From Octopus sinensis (lineage: Eukaryota), in NCBI RefSeq assembly GCF_006345805.1, contig NC_042998.1, positions 92,504,001 through 92,568,000 of the forward strand: a DNA stretch of 64,000 nt, in the 5' to 3' direction. The notes under the pieces were generated by a model. It was not told the DNA's origin and did no database searches. It saw only the letters and a program-made list of their open reading frames with translations. Positions 1 to 12,428 of this stretch are shown here, piece after piece; the stretch's first letter is position 1; every line of letters starts with the position of its first letter. The translations under genes were made by a program, and so were the position numbers.

Positions 1-440
1 TGTACTGCTGTTCAGTATACAGAAGACATATAGTGAAATATGAGACAAAGATTGTGTTTTATGGTAAGCTTGTCTTCCAAAATATTATTTTATATAAAAG
101 AAAATAAAGACATTAGAGTCCCCCTGACGAAATTAGTGGTAGTATGCATCAGTCAAAATCAGTTTAAAAGAATTTTCAGAAAATGAAAGAAGTGTGTGTG
201 TGCTCATGCAGCGAGTAGCAGGAGAATTACAACATTTAGGGTAAGGACTTACACTAAGGAAGAAAGAGCATGCTGGCTGGCTGGGCTATAAATAGCATAG
301 AGGAGTTTACAAGAAAGAAGTCTGTCAGACAATGAGATGGTGGTGGGTCAAAAGATAGATAGAGTGTGAGAGAGACATAGGAAACAGTAATGAATTAAAT
401 TAATACAGGATACAGAATTATTTACGTATATGTAAGCATT

Positions 441-444
<4 letters not shown>

Positions 445-471
<27 letters not shown>

Positions 472-478
472 GTGCGCG

Positions 479-522
<44 letters not shown>
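445..522. repeat. Compound microsatellite (TA)n-(GC)n-(CA)n
   Basis: Directly visible dinucleotide runs. Confidence 0.95.
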
Positions 523-524
<2 letters not shown>

Positions 525-734
525 AAATGTGTATTATATATTGAAGTAGAAAGATTTGAAAGTTCTATACAACATAGGGATGTGTATAGAAGAACTATTG
601 ACCAATGGGTGCATAAAGTTTTGCCCTTTTTTGGAGGAGAAGAAGAAGGGAGATTGAAAAAATATTAGAGCCATTTCAGGCTTGGAATGTAAAAAGCAGA
701 TGATAATGTAATAATATAAACTAATATAATAACC

Positions 735-850
735 ATGCCAAAGCAGACAGTAGAGTCTGGCTCAGTCCTCTGGCTTGCCAGCTACTGTGAAACCATCCAA
801 CCCATACCAGCATGCAAAACAGATGTTAAATGGTGGTCGTGGTGGTTGCT
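735..850 (+). mobile_element. RTE-type LINE/SINE 3' tail fragment
   Basis: ccatccaacccataccagcatgcaaaacagatgttaaatggtggtcgtggtgg matches the RTE 3' terminus seen at 30215-30300 and 48195-48245. Confidence 0.6.
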
Positions 851-1419
851 GATAGTTAAACTGGATAAAAGATTTTTTTTTCTTAGTAACATTATGCTCC
901 TTATGATTTTCCATACTATCTCTTTCTATATTCATGCATGCATTTGTGCATACACACATACAAGCAAATGCTCATCAACAAACCTAAACAAAGAGGTAGT
1001 TATTGTCAACAGTCAATTAGCTTTGTTCAGCTCTCTTAGTCCTACAATGGTATTGGTCGTGTGATCTTTTTTAAATATCACTTGACTGTTTTTTTTTCTA
1101 AACTTAAAAAGAGAGATCAGAAGTCCTTACTGACTATTGAAGGAAACCTAACTACATTGTTGCTATTGATAAAAACACACATGAACCTGAGGACCCACTA
1201 AATTTAATAGGGAACAGAAATTTTTGATATAGCTCTCAGATGCAGTCACATGAAGAAGGTATAAAAAAAAAGAAAACAGCCAGGAAAAAGACAATGAATT
1301 TTGTAATCATAAAAATATCTAAAATTACATTACAAAGTTACATTCATAAATTATTTCTAAATAAGCATCGACTAGTTAAGAAACCATGCCAAGAAAAAGA
1401 GACATTCTCCACCTCTTCC

Positions 1420-1790
1420 TTATTATCATCATCATTGCTTCAATGACCACCCTTCCCTGCTTGCATGGGTCAGACAAACTTTACAGAGGCAGATTTTCTA
1501 TATTCAAATGCCCTTCCTGTTGCAACCTTCAGCTGTTTCCAAATAAGGTAATATTTTTTCATGGCCAGATAGGCTTTCACAAAATATAGGAAATGAATGA
1601 CACTGTGTACCAGTGAAAGATAATTTACAACAATCACATGATGGTAAGACAGGGAGACACAAACACACACAGAGTCTTACACACAGACATGTGCACGTGT
1701 ATATACAATGGGCTTCTTTCAGTTTCCATCAAGCAAATCCATTCTGAAGACTTTGGTCAGCCCAGGGCTATAGTAGAAGACACCCGCTCA
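1420..1790 (-). mobile_element. SINE with CORE-like body and RTE-like (GAT)n tail (family C)
   Basis: Shares gggcttctttcagtttcc...ctatagtagaagacac with the family A body. The other end is cctgcttgcatgggtcagac plus catcatcat, as in RTE tails. Confidence 0.75.
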
Positions 1791-2908
1791 TGGTATCATA
1801 TTATAATCAATATGCTCCATTATACAAGAATTATCTTTTAAGTAAGTTTCTACCAAAACTGCATTAAGTAGACAGCTAGGATTGCAATAAAAGCTAGCAA
1901 TTGAGTCCATATTATTGATCCTTTACAGGAATTTACCCTGATCAACTCAACTCAGTTTACTTTGGTTTTAACTGCTGATAAAACAGGTACCAGTTTATTT
2001 ACAGAACATTAAACTTCCCTCTTAGAATGTGGAACAGTCTCTGCTTAATACTACTAAAGCGAAAGACAAATATCAGCTCTTTGAGATTTTACTGTTGATA
2101 AAAGGATTACTTAAGTTTTTTTTAAATATATTTTATAGTATAATTTACATTTTAAATTGTTTAAAGTTTGATTATTGTGAAATACATGAGTTAAAAAGAT
2201 TTAATAGAGAATTATTATAATTATATTATTACCATTTTCAAAGAAATTTTCTTAAACATTATCAAATTTGCTGAAGCAGAAAAATTCTCTTCAACAACGT
2301 ACAATTGCACTATACTTTTGCACAATAATAATTCCATCTTTAAAAATTTCATTAGTAAAAAAAAAAAAGAGAAAGAAAAAACAACAAAAACTAACAACAA
2401 CTGATAACACTGAAAAAATACAATGAAATTAAGTTTCAAGTAAAACCACTGCTAAATTATAGAGCATTTTAAAAGTCAGCTGGAAGAAATCAATATCTTA
2501 AAGCTATCAGTTCACTGTGAATGAAGGGAAGACTCAGTGATAGTAATAAATAAATAAATAAATAAATAAATAAAAATAGAGTGAGTAATAAAATTACAGT
2601 GAAAAAAGCAATAAAAAAATACAATATATAAATAACAGAAACTTAAAACACAGAGCTTTTAAAACTATACTTTATATTCATGCAAGTACAAAATAAATGC
2701 ACAGGAGGTTTTAGTTCAGGAAAATTAAAATTATTGAAATTTAATTTTAATTTTGTAAAACAATGATAAATACAAAGTAAGTAAAGTTTATAATTGAGAA
2801 ACACAAAGAAGAGAAAACTATACAATCTAAACTATTACAAGATGTTACATGACAGTAAACAGAATTGAAATATATATATATATATATATGTGTGTATGTA
2901 TATATATA

Positions 2909-3314
2909 GGCGCAGGAGTGACTGTGTGGTAAGTAGCTTGTTTACCAACCACATGGTTCTGGGTTCAGTCCCACTGCGTGGCACCTTGGGCAAGTGTCTT
3001 CTACTATAGCCTCAGGCCGACCAAAGCCTTGTGAGTGGATTTGGTAGACGGAAACTGAAAGAAGCCCGTCGTATATATGTATATATATGCATGTGTGTGT
3101 TAGTGTGTCTGTGTTTGTCCCCCTAGCATTGCTTGACAACCGATGCTGGTGTGTTTATGTCCCCGTTACTTAGCGGTTCGGCAAAAGAGACCAATAGAAT
3201 GAGTACTGGGCTTACAAAAGAATAAGTCCCGGGGTCGAGTTGCTTGGTTAAAGGTGGTGCTCCAGCATGGCCGCAGTCAAATGACTGAAACAAGTAAAAG
3301 AGTAAAAAGAGAGT
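2909..3314 (+). mobile_element. Young tRNA-derived CORE-like SINE (family A; Octopus OR-like)
   Basis: Head ggcgcaggagtgactgtgtggtaag with B-box-like gggttcagtccc; CORE-like gcaccttgggcaagtgtc; internal (TG/TA)n; tail gactgaaacaagtaaaagagtaaaa. Flanked by (TA)n. More than 10 copies in the window. Confidence 0.9.
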
Positions 3315-3832
3315 ATATATATATGTATATATATATATATATATAAAATTGACCAAAAGGTTGACATTAATGGAAACTATATTATGTATATAAGTAATAT
3401 AATAAAATGCTAATAAGTTATGGATGCAGCTGACAGGAAGTAAGACTTAAAGATAATAGACATATGCATACAAATTAGAAAGCCAGAGTAGAAAGTTTTA
3501 CGTTATGATCAGAGTTAATAAAGTATTTAAATAACTTGAAAAGAACTGGAAATAACATCTAGCCAGATCTGACATGATTGACAGGCAATGGAAATATTGT
3601 ATTTCAAATCCAAACCACACCGTATAGATAAATTGATGGTTGAAGGAATAATGATGTAGAAATAGAACAGAATAACAGGAATGTAGAATATTTACAATAA
3701 CACAACTGCAAAATATGCAGGTTTGAATGCAAAGGTGCTGCCAGAAAATTTTCAGCAAGATGATACATTCAATATTTGCAATAAAAATTACAGTACAAAT
3801 TCTTTTTATCAGTCTCATACACACACACATAG

Positions 3833-4040
3833 TGGAGGTGTGTGGGTTAGTGGTTATGGTGTTGCACTCATGATCATAAGATTGTTGTGTCAATTCCTGG
3901 ATTAGGTGTTTTTCAACAAAACATTTCATTTCATTTCATGTTGCTCCATTCCACTCATTTGGCAAAAATAAGTATTCCTGCATGTCATTCAGGAGAGGAA
4001 TATATAAGCCATACAAATCTGGAAACCAGCCTTATGATGA
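3833..4040 (+). mobile_element. tRNA-headed SINE (family D), degenerate
   Basis: ggaggtgtgtgggttagtggttatggtg head, then catttcatttcatgttgctccattccactca body. Homologous to 5270-5490 and 31918-32200. Confidence 0.65.
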
Positions 4041-5269
4041 TGATTGCATACATATTAATCATCATTATTTAATGTCCACTCTTCCATGAGGTCAAACAGA
4101 ATTTGTTGAGGTAGATTTTCCTTCCTGTTACCAAGACAGGTGACAAAAAAACCATACTTGTATGCTGATGATGCTCACACACATATGCACACATACACTG
4201 ACACTGTCCACTTGCTCATTTTATCATTTACTAGATGAGACTTCTTGAAGAAGCAGTATTCTATGGCTAGTTGCTCTTCTTGATGTCAACACTTAACTGT
4301 TTTCAAATAAGATAATCTATTCAGTGTTTACACAAGTTGAACCACTAAGTTACCAGAATGTTTGTTTATGCAGGACACAAGCAGTATCATTACAAGCAGT
4401 AAGTAACAATGTGTAGACATGGAGATCAACACATACTACCTTCACATCAATATGAAACCAGACACAAATCACAAAACCTACTTCAGATAACCAATGAAAG
4501 CTATAAATTCCATGTCTCAAACTGTTACACTGGACATACAGCAACAACACTTTCACATCAGTTGACCATGCATTAACAAAAGGGAAACACTCTTAACAAC
4601 ACAGCACACAATATATTGCAAGATATGTGACCAGCGATTTAATGGTTTAGAAGAGAAATCTATAACCATAACTATGTACAGCCAATATGTAGATAACATA
4701 AACTTTATAGTTATGCATCAGTAAATGAACCTGAAAGTAACACCATGACAGCATCTAGCATATAGTTAAGTCCACTCATGTAAGTATCAAGGAGGCATAG
4801 ATTATCTATCCAAACACACAAATAATAGACTGTCCATACTTGACACTGACACCGGGCTAGAAACAATACAGAGCAAAATCCAGGTCCCCCATTCACATTA
4901 TGGAAATGTATGACCACCAAATACTTAGTTCAGAGGAACTCTGCTATATGTGGTAATGGGAAGATCAGCATACTAGTAATAGATTTAGTAAGAATGAAAA
5001 ATATAGTTTTTGTGACAACCCTGTGAAATAAGTGTTCACAATACCTCCTCTACTGAGTGCAGTTCTCTGAGTATTACCAAAAAGGATAGAATCAATGTAT
5101 ACAGGGAAGGAGTGGGGTGGCAAGAAAAAGAAAACCTTATAAGATATTACACACATAGAACTTGCCTTGCATATTAGAACAAGTCATGGATTAAGTGAGG
5201 AAGAATAAGTGAGGTCGGTAAGGCAGATTCATAGTATAATAGTTGGTTAGTCCACATTAACCCATAATG

Positions 5270-5490
5270 AATATAGGGGCCAGTTTCCTTGTTTCTCTGG
5301 GGTATATATTCCTCCCTGGATAGCACACTGGTCTGTCATAGGATTACTCATTTTAGCCAGCTGAGTCGCCTGGAGCAGTGTGAAATGAAGTGTTTTGCTC
5401 AAGAACACAATGCATTACCTAGTCCAGGAATTGAAACCACAATTTCACAAGTCCAGCACCTTAACCACTAAGCTATGGACCTCCACTATG
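5270..5490 (-). mobile_element. tRNA-headed SINE (family D) inserted in the ancient PLE
   Basis: Reverse complement reads gtggaggtccatagcttagtggttaagg (A box)...ggtttcaattcc (B box)...cttgagcaaaacacttcatttcac. Confidence 0.75.
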
Positions 5491-6531
5491 GTATAATATT
5501 GACAAGTGTAAAGACATAATGTTCAGTCACACTACCACTAAAGGTGATCCAACCCTTAAATTTAGGAAAGCGCTAAACAGAGAAACTTAGGTGTGAAATA
5601 GTTGAAAAGCTGGCGAGATCAGTCACACCACTTTCAATAGGACTACTCATCAATAGTAACAGCAATTATATAGTTTGCAGAGAGAATCTTAAAATGAATT
5701 GTAAAAGTAGTAATGCAGTATACCATATTCATGAATTGCATGGAGAGTGACATCACAACTTATATAAGGGAAAACACCTGAAGCATAACAAAGAGAATAT
5801 AGGAGCACTAACAAGAATATGAAGAAAAGTCACCTACATCAATACTATGTCAACATGCAAATGAAAACCATAGCGTTATGCTAAAGAATATAGAATTAAA
5901 ACTCTTATCAATACACCCAAAGAATGACAAACAGAAGAGGCTATGTGTATACCTGATACAAAGAGCATGCTTAAAATAAAGTACAAGAGAAATAGTGACA
6001 GTCTCAAGGTCATCACCAGTCCTTTAACATGAACTGCCCCATCACAACACACACACACACACGTATATATGTGAGTGTGTATGTGGTTGTGTGTGTGTGT
6101 GAGTATGTATGCATGCATATAAATGGATATGTATAAATGTGTGTGTATGCATGCATATAGATGGATATGTATAGATGTATTTGTATGTGGATATATATAT
6201 ATATATATATGGGAGGGGGGAATAAATATGGAGATAAATGTGTGGGTGTGGAGAATATATAAGCGTCAATTAATTCAGAAGAAATCTCAAGAAGCAAAGC
6301 AAAGCATTAAAGCACTGCACTGTAACATAGCAAACATGCGCATGCAGGAAGTGACATGCAGGCTTGCATATGTGCACACATGAACATACACAAATACGCT
6401 TGCAATGTTCACACACACACACTGATTATGCAACCCACGCATGCTAACATAATCCAGAAATTATAAATATCAGGAAAAGAACACAATGTATCCAGTTTGG
6501 GGCAGTAACAGACCTAGAGCAGACAAGATCA

Positions 6532-6574
6532 TGTCATTGATGAGGTCACAAATAGCAACAAAAGGACTCTGACA
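6532..6574 (+). ncRNA. Degenerate minimal hammerhead-ribozyme-like motif
   Basis: tgtca-TTGATGA-ggtcac aaata gcaac-AAAA-ggac-TC-tgaca. Stem I pairs perfectly and the core is one or two changes from consensus. A homologue lies at 22516-22560 on the minus strand. Confidence 0.4.
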
Positions 6575-6654
6575 AACCAGCTGATTGATTAAATGATTTG
6601 TCCGGTAATCAATTGTTTAACTGGTTAATCAGTCAACTAGTTCACTAACAATAA

Positions 6655-6985
6655 TGGCTTCAAGTTTTGGCACAAGACCAACAGTTTCTGAGTGGGTGGG
6701 GAAATCAATTACATCAACCCCAGTATTTGACTGATACCTATTTTCTCAACTTTGAAAGAATGAAAGACAAAGTCAACCTTGGCAGAAATTGAGCTCAAAA
6801 TGTAAAGACTGACAAAATGCTGCTAAGTGTTTTGTTTTTCATATGCTTATGGTTCTGCTAGCTCACTGCATTTTTAATAATCCTTTCTATAATAGGTATA
6901 AGGCCTGAAATTTTAGGGGAGGGGAATTATCAATTACTGGTACTTGTTTTATCAATTCTGAAAAAACAAAAGGCAAAGTTTCCTT
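6655..6985 (-). mobile_element. Two tandem Nin-domain-like SINEs (family B), degenerate
   Basis: gaaagaatgaaagacaaagtcaaccttggcagaaatt is the reverse complement of the gcctttcatcctttc domain. Flanked by (TAA)n. Confidence 0.75.
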
Positions 6986-6998
6986 TCTCTCAATCTAA

Positions 6999-7205
6999 TA
7001 CTCTTTTACTTTTTTACTTGCTTCAGCCATTTGACTGCGACCATGCTGGAGCACCACCTTTAGTCGAGCAAATCGACCCCTGGACTTATTCTTTGTAAGC
7101 CTAATACTTATTCTATCGGTCTCTTTTGCCGAACCGCTAAATTACAGGTACACAAACACACCAGCATCGATTGTCAAGCGATGTTGGGGGGGGGGGACAA
7201 ACAAA

Positions 7206-7294
<89 letters not shown>

Positions 7295-7460
7295 TTAGTG
7301 AAGGGAAGAAATGGAGCTGAACGAAAATTCTACAGAATTCCTTTTATTATTTTCTACACATGTTTCAAAGGCCGCAAATTTTTCTGTTGTGATTTTTGCT
7401 ACCCATGTATCGGTTAAATTTTGAATAATCCGTAACAAGATAATTCATTTATCCATTTCA

Positions 7461-7520
<60 letters not shown>

Positions 7521-7680
7521 CGATGGGCTTCTTTCAGTTTCTGTATACCAAATCCACTCACAAGGCTTTGGTAGGCCCAAGGCTATAGTAGAAGACACTT
7601 GCCCAAGGTGCCATGCAGTGGGACTGAACCCGGAACAATGTGGTTGGTAAGCAAGCTACTTACCACACAACCACTCCTGC
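6999..7680 (-). mobile_element. Family A SINE carrying a secondary insertion (7291-7468) in its internal (TA)n
   Basis: Tail at 6999-7200 and head at 7520-7680, both closely similar to the 2909-3314 copy. Confidence 0.9.
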
Positions 7681-10489
7681 TAGGAATCCTACTAACTCCA
7701 AAATACCATTATCATTGGGTTTGTGCCAAATATCCTGTCTTGTTCAGATCTACATAACTATAAGCATATACACCAGTGAGTAATCACTACAACTGTTTCA
7801 TACTCTATGAATGAAACAGAAGTAGAGCTGCTAAAGCTACTTCTTAGGTAAATAGATTTTGTTATAAAGGGAAAGACTGTAATAAATAAATGGTTACAAA
7901 CTGGAAAAAAAGTGTCTCTGAAATAAAGGAATAGTAGGAATCCAATAAAAGACTAATACCATTACAACAAATAAAGATAGCTAGTATATAATATAGGTTA
8001 TATAAATATTGCAAATGCTGTTTAAAATTCCAGAATTTTTTCAGTGTTAGAATGGATTGAATGACTTTGATGGAATAATTCCTTTGTAGCTGAATGTAAC
8101 CCAGTTGCCAACCATTCACCTGTGAATTAGAAGTTTATACCTATGTCAGTTGAACACGTCGATGTAAACAGTCCACAAATATTTCATAAGGATGTAACAA
8201 TGGTTATATTTATGTCTGATCTCATAACAACAACGTAGTCAACAGTGAACTATCATAAACTTACAGTTATGAGAAAGGATGTTAACAAAATGTATACACA
8301 GAAAATAACATTTCTATGCTTGCATAGTATTACATAGTATCATTTTTTATCTTCATTTGTGGGTATAGTGTTAGTTCATGCCGCCTATTTTTTTTTCTAG
8401 CAGCTCCTTTAGTACTTACTTTAACAGTTCCAAAAATAGGTAAAAAAAAATCTCGTTTTATTCCTGGAGTTTACTATCTAAAAATACACCTTGTGTGGTC
8501 TTTTTGAGTGTATAAAATAAAAAAGTAACTGAAACTTGTAACTCTTATGACTTATAAGTGATTTAATACTAAAGTGATTTAATACTTAAGAGATACTTAT
8601 AAAGTGATTTAATAAAGCACATTTTTCATGATTGAGAGAACAGCTACATCTCTAAGAGCTGTAGCATTCACTGTGTACCCAACAGTCCTACTAAATAGAA
8701 ACCATGATGGATTGCAACCTGTCTTATGGTGTTTTAATATCTCACACATCACTGTTAAAGTAAAATCTCAATACCATAAACTTAGACTCAACTCATCAAT
8801 TTTAGATACTGTTCAAGATATAACTTTTCAATAGATAAAGTTTTAGTTCAGAAAGAAAAAATGGCAACACTAAGATTTCAAGAAACTGTTGAAAGAAACA
8901 CTTTTTAGAGATATTAGATCCGAATACGAGTTTTTTAAAAGACAATTTGATGGTATTAGAACCATATCTCAAAGGATGCCAGCTGAAAGCTAGTGCCAAC
9001 TTTTTATTTTGCACATGTCTATACATTGTACATGCATTTATAACTACATTTTTGTAACCATTTAATCTAACCTTCTTTTGATTCTAACTAAAGCTGACAT
9101 CAAACAGGTGTTCATTTTTGTGAGCAAGCTTCAGTTAGATAAGTCTTCAAAACAGCTTCTCTTTGGTGGTGTCTATCATTTCTCAGTTAAATGACAATTT
9201 TATATTGTCAATATTTCATTTCATTGCTTTTCATATTACAAGATCTTTTCATAAAAAATATGAATCACAAATAAATAAAAAAAATATGAATCACAAATAA
9301 ATATATAAATACTTTATAAAAAGAAAGCATCAACAAAATACAGAATTTAATACCAGATAAAAACCAAGGACAACTTCAAACAAGAACTGCCAGCACCCTC
9401 CCCCACACACAAGTGAAATAAAACTGCATCAAATGACTTAACAAAATATACAAAAAAGGCAAAAAAATTACTCAAAACTGATAAATGCTTGTATTTGGAA
9501 TAAATTCCAAAAGAGTAAAATGTTATACAAAATAATTAGCCTCATCAATAACCCTGATAATGAAACATAATAGAACACTACATCCCTATAACAGCTTAGC
9601 ATTAAAATAACATCCCCATACCTCAACGGCATGAAAACATCTTGATTAAACACTTTTCTGAAGCCACACAAAGAAAACAGAAATAGAAAACAGAAACCAT
9701 ACATGTTCCTTTGACCATTTCCTTACATTCCAGCAGAGACCAGAAAAGCATTATGGAAATGTAAAAACTCAAAAGCCCCAGAGTACTGCAAATCACAAAT
9801 ATACACTGCCCTCAAAAATATAGGGACTGCAAAAAATTATTGCACTCATCAACTATTTATAACATTGATACCTGATCTTGACAATCTTGAAAATGTGAAG
9901 AATTCTAATAATTCTTAACAAAAGTAAAAAAAAAAAACTGATACTGAAGTTGGGTTTTCTGCTAAGTATTAGAATTGCAAAAACATCTCAGAATAGTTTT
10001 TGATGTTATTGACCCACTGGCTCCTCTCTCCAACTCACAAATCCACATCATTACACTAAGTTACCCCACTACTCACAAACCATACAGAAAAACTTATACA
10101 ATGACTTCAACAACAACATACCATAACACACCTCTTGAACTATTAGTAACAATAGTAGAGTTTTTAACTTTGTTGTTCTTTACCTACGTATAAATAAAAT
10201 ACAAAGCACCTTTCTAACAAACAAAATACACATGAGTAAGCCTCTTCACAACTTGCCAAGCCTAATATAGACTACAATAATAACATATCCAGACTACGTA
10301 GTTTCCCAAACAGTATACCAGTATATATATACTTTTAAATATAGCTCTATACAAACTCATATGCAAATGACATCATAGTTATGCAAACCTAGGTATTAGC
10401 CTAACAGCTACCCAATGATGCCAACTCTATGACAACTGCCTAAAAACAAGGTTCCAAACGAGCAATGCCTGTGAAATCCACTTCAGTTA

Positions 10490-10690
10490 ATAAGGGTACC
10501 TTGATATGGACACATGATTTGCTAGTAATGCCAGCCAAATCTCCCTCAGGTAAAATCCTAACATCTGAAATAAAGAAGAACACACTGACTAATGTAAGGT
10601 CCTATTATACAAAAAGGCAACATGATCAAAGCTGGAATACATGGTCATGAAATTTTAAATTGACCAAGGGCTAAATGACAACAATAATCA
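10490..10690 (+). mobile_element. Dispersed SINE/LINE 3' tail ending gggctaaa-(CAA)n-like
   Basis: gctagtaatgccagccaaatctccctca...agctggaatac...gaccaagggctaaatgacaacaat. Related reverse-strand copies near 21400-21500 and 52560-52740. Confidence 0.5.
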
Positions 10691-10704
10691 TCACTCTTCT
10701 TAAA

Positions 10705-10920
10705 TGGTTTCAAATTCTGGCACAAGATCAACACTTTCAGGGGAGGGCCAAATCAATTACGTCAGCCCCAGTGCTCAACTGGTACTTATTTTATCGACTC
10801 CAAAACAATGAATGGCAAAGTTGACCTTGGCAGAATTTGAACTCAGAATGTCAAAGACAGCCGAAATGCTGCTAAACATTTTACCTGGCATGCTAACAAT
10901 TCTACCAGCTCACTGCCTTC
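10705..10920 (-). mobile_element. Family B (Nin-like) SINE with target-site duplication
   Basis: Complete body flanked by catcact(c/t)ttctta at ~10690 and ~10920. Confidence 0.85.
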
Positions 10921-11296
10921 ATCACTTTTCTTATTAACAACAATAAGGAACATGAGATTCACCCAACCGACTCACATAACATAAACACACCATATACATA
11001 TACAGAGAAATAATAGGAATTTAGGAAATAAAGTTTCCTAGACAGAAACCAGTCTGGGTCAATGCTTATATTCAGAGATAAGACATGTAACAATGATAGA
11101 GAATGAAATGTAATGAAAATAATTACAAATTTTGGTTTTGTATTTTGTTTGCAAGATTCTTGATGTGAAATCATAGGTTGAAACAGATTATGTTGTATCT
11201 TGTGAGGATCTCATTGACTTAACAATTAATCAAAGAATCAATCAGTTAATTTGTTAAATGGTTTACTAGTTGAATAATAATGATGATAATAATAAT

Positions 11297-11470
11297 AAAA
11301 ATTGTTCTAGACACCCTCTAGAACAATACCCTGTGCAAAGTGAAAAATATGGTACCCTAGTCATAATGCCGACTTGAACTTCTAACTTGTTGTCTCTTGA
11401 GGTCTCTGGGTGAGACCTGGAATTAACTTGTACAAATACAAAGCAAAAGCCAAACAAATAATAATAATAA
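11297..11470 (+). mobile_element. R4/Dong-like LINE 3' end fragment
   Basis: Reads KIVLDTL*NNTLCKV, resembling the R4/Dong C-terminal QKIVL-GT-x-ILRK, followed by a short 3' UTR ending in (TAA)n. Confidence 0.5.
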
Positions 11471-11910
11471 TGGCTTCAAATTTTGGCATGTGACTATCAA
11501 TTTTGGGAGAGGGATAAGTCAATTACATTGACTCCCAGCACTCAACTGGTACTTACTTTATGTATCCTGAAAGGATAAAAGGCAAAGTTGACCGCAGTGG
11601 AATTTGAACTTAGAACATAAAGACAGACAAAATGCTGCTAAGCATTTTGCCTGGCACACTAACAATTCTGCCAGCTCACCACCTTAATAATCGTAATAAT
11701 AATCCTTTCTACTAAAGACACAATGCATAAAATTTTGGGGAAGGGGACTAGTTGATTACATCAATCCCAGTGTTTCACTGGTACCTAGTTTATTGACCCT
11801 GAAAGAATGAAAGGCAAACTCAACCTTGGCAGAATTTGAACTCAGAACATAATGATGGATGAAGCATTTCGCCCAGCGTGCTAACCATTTTGCCAACTTG
11901 CTCCTTTAAT
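11465..11910 (-). mobile_element. Two tandem family B (Nin-like) SINEs
   Basis: Two copies of aggataaaaggcaaagttgacc...gaatttgaactcagaac separated by aataatcgtaataataat. Confidence 0.85.
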
Positions 11911-11940
11911 AACAGTGCCCAGTAGAGCTGTTACAAAAGG

Positions 11941-12050
11941 TTTGTCCACATCTTGTTTGTTGTTAATACAACGTTTCGGCTGAAACATTGTGTTAACAAC
12001 AAACAAGACGAGTTCAAATATCCGTCAATTTTAAATAATGTAAATAATGA
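11941..12050. mobile_element. Collapsed fold-back remnant of the tRNA-headed hammerhead element
   Basis: Imperfect palindrome 11941-12018 centred on tttcgg|ctgaaa. The arms match the 3' tail of the 59231-59740 element (ccgaaacgttgtgttaacaacaaacaagatgagg). Confidence 0.85.
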
Positions 12051-12428
12051 ACAGATAGCATTGTACAATAGGGTGCAGGTGCATGCAAGATTTACAGCTT
12101 ACTCTGCAAACCTCTTGCTTTCTCAAGCTTACTCTTGAAGCACAGGACCTTTTTCATCCTTAGGCAGGGGGTTCTGGTTTATGTGACATAAGGGCATATC
12201 CACACACTGGTGAATCTATTTGAGACATGTCAAGGAGCTTGCACTTTTATGAATCCTATTTGTCTTAGTTGTAGAACCATATTCTGCTATTTGATCCATA
12301 TCTGGGGCCCTTGACTGGTACTTCTGCTCTGGGTAAGAGTGAACCAAGGAATAGTGTGTCTAAACAGTATTTCCATACTCTCAAATTCTCTTGAACACCG
12401 CAGCTGATGCCTTAGCACAGGATACAGC

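Larger units (their letters stand above)
3700..6010 (+). mobile_element. Ancient degenerate Penelope-like element (RT plus C-terminal GIY-YIG endonuclease), interrupted by SINEs
   Basis: Manual translation across frameshifts and stops gives, in order: GLNAKVL (~3720, RT motif A-like); QYVDNINF (4686-4697, YVDD-like); DYLSKHTNNRLSILD; MTTKYLVQRNSA...KISILVIDLVRM; VQFSEY...KDRINVY; C-x7-CKSSNAVYHI...NC...TYIRE (5761-5772)...KRI*EH...SILCQHANENH; QTEEAMCI. Confidence 0.75.

Noticed and set aside
5876-6383. ORFs rich in YI/HT/CV dipeptides (also 46511-46803, 61967-62200, 36971-37231)
   Set aside because: Translations of (TA)n, (CA)n and (CAT)n microsatellites.
8022-8119. Possible last exon GEWLATGLHSATKELFHQSH...
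   Set aside because: Only an acceptor-like site; no recognisable homology or linked exon.
8555-8615. Short tandem duplications (also 9255-9303, 40241-40290, 51578-51622, 52728-52790)
   Set aside because: Ordinary 15-32 bp slippage duplications with no further structure.
9300-10460. A/C-skewed stretch possibly from another decayed retroelement (SYANL-like peptide near 10380)
   Set aside because: Too degenerate to assign collinear motifs by eye.
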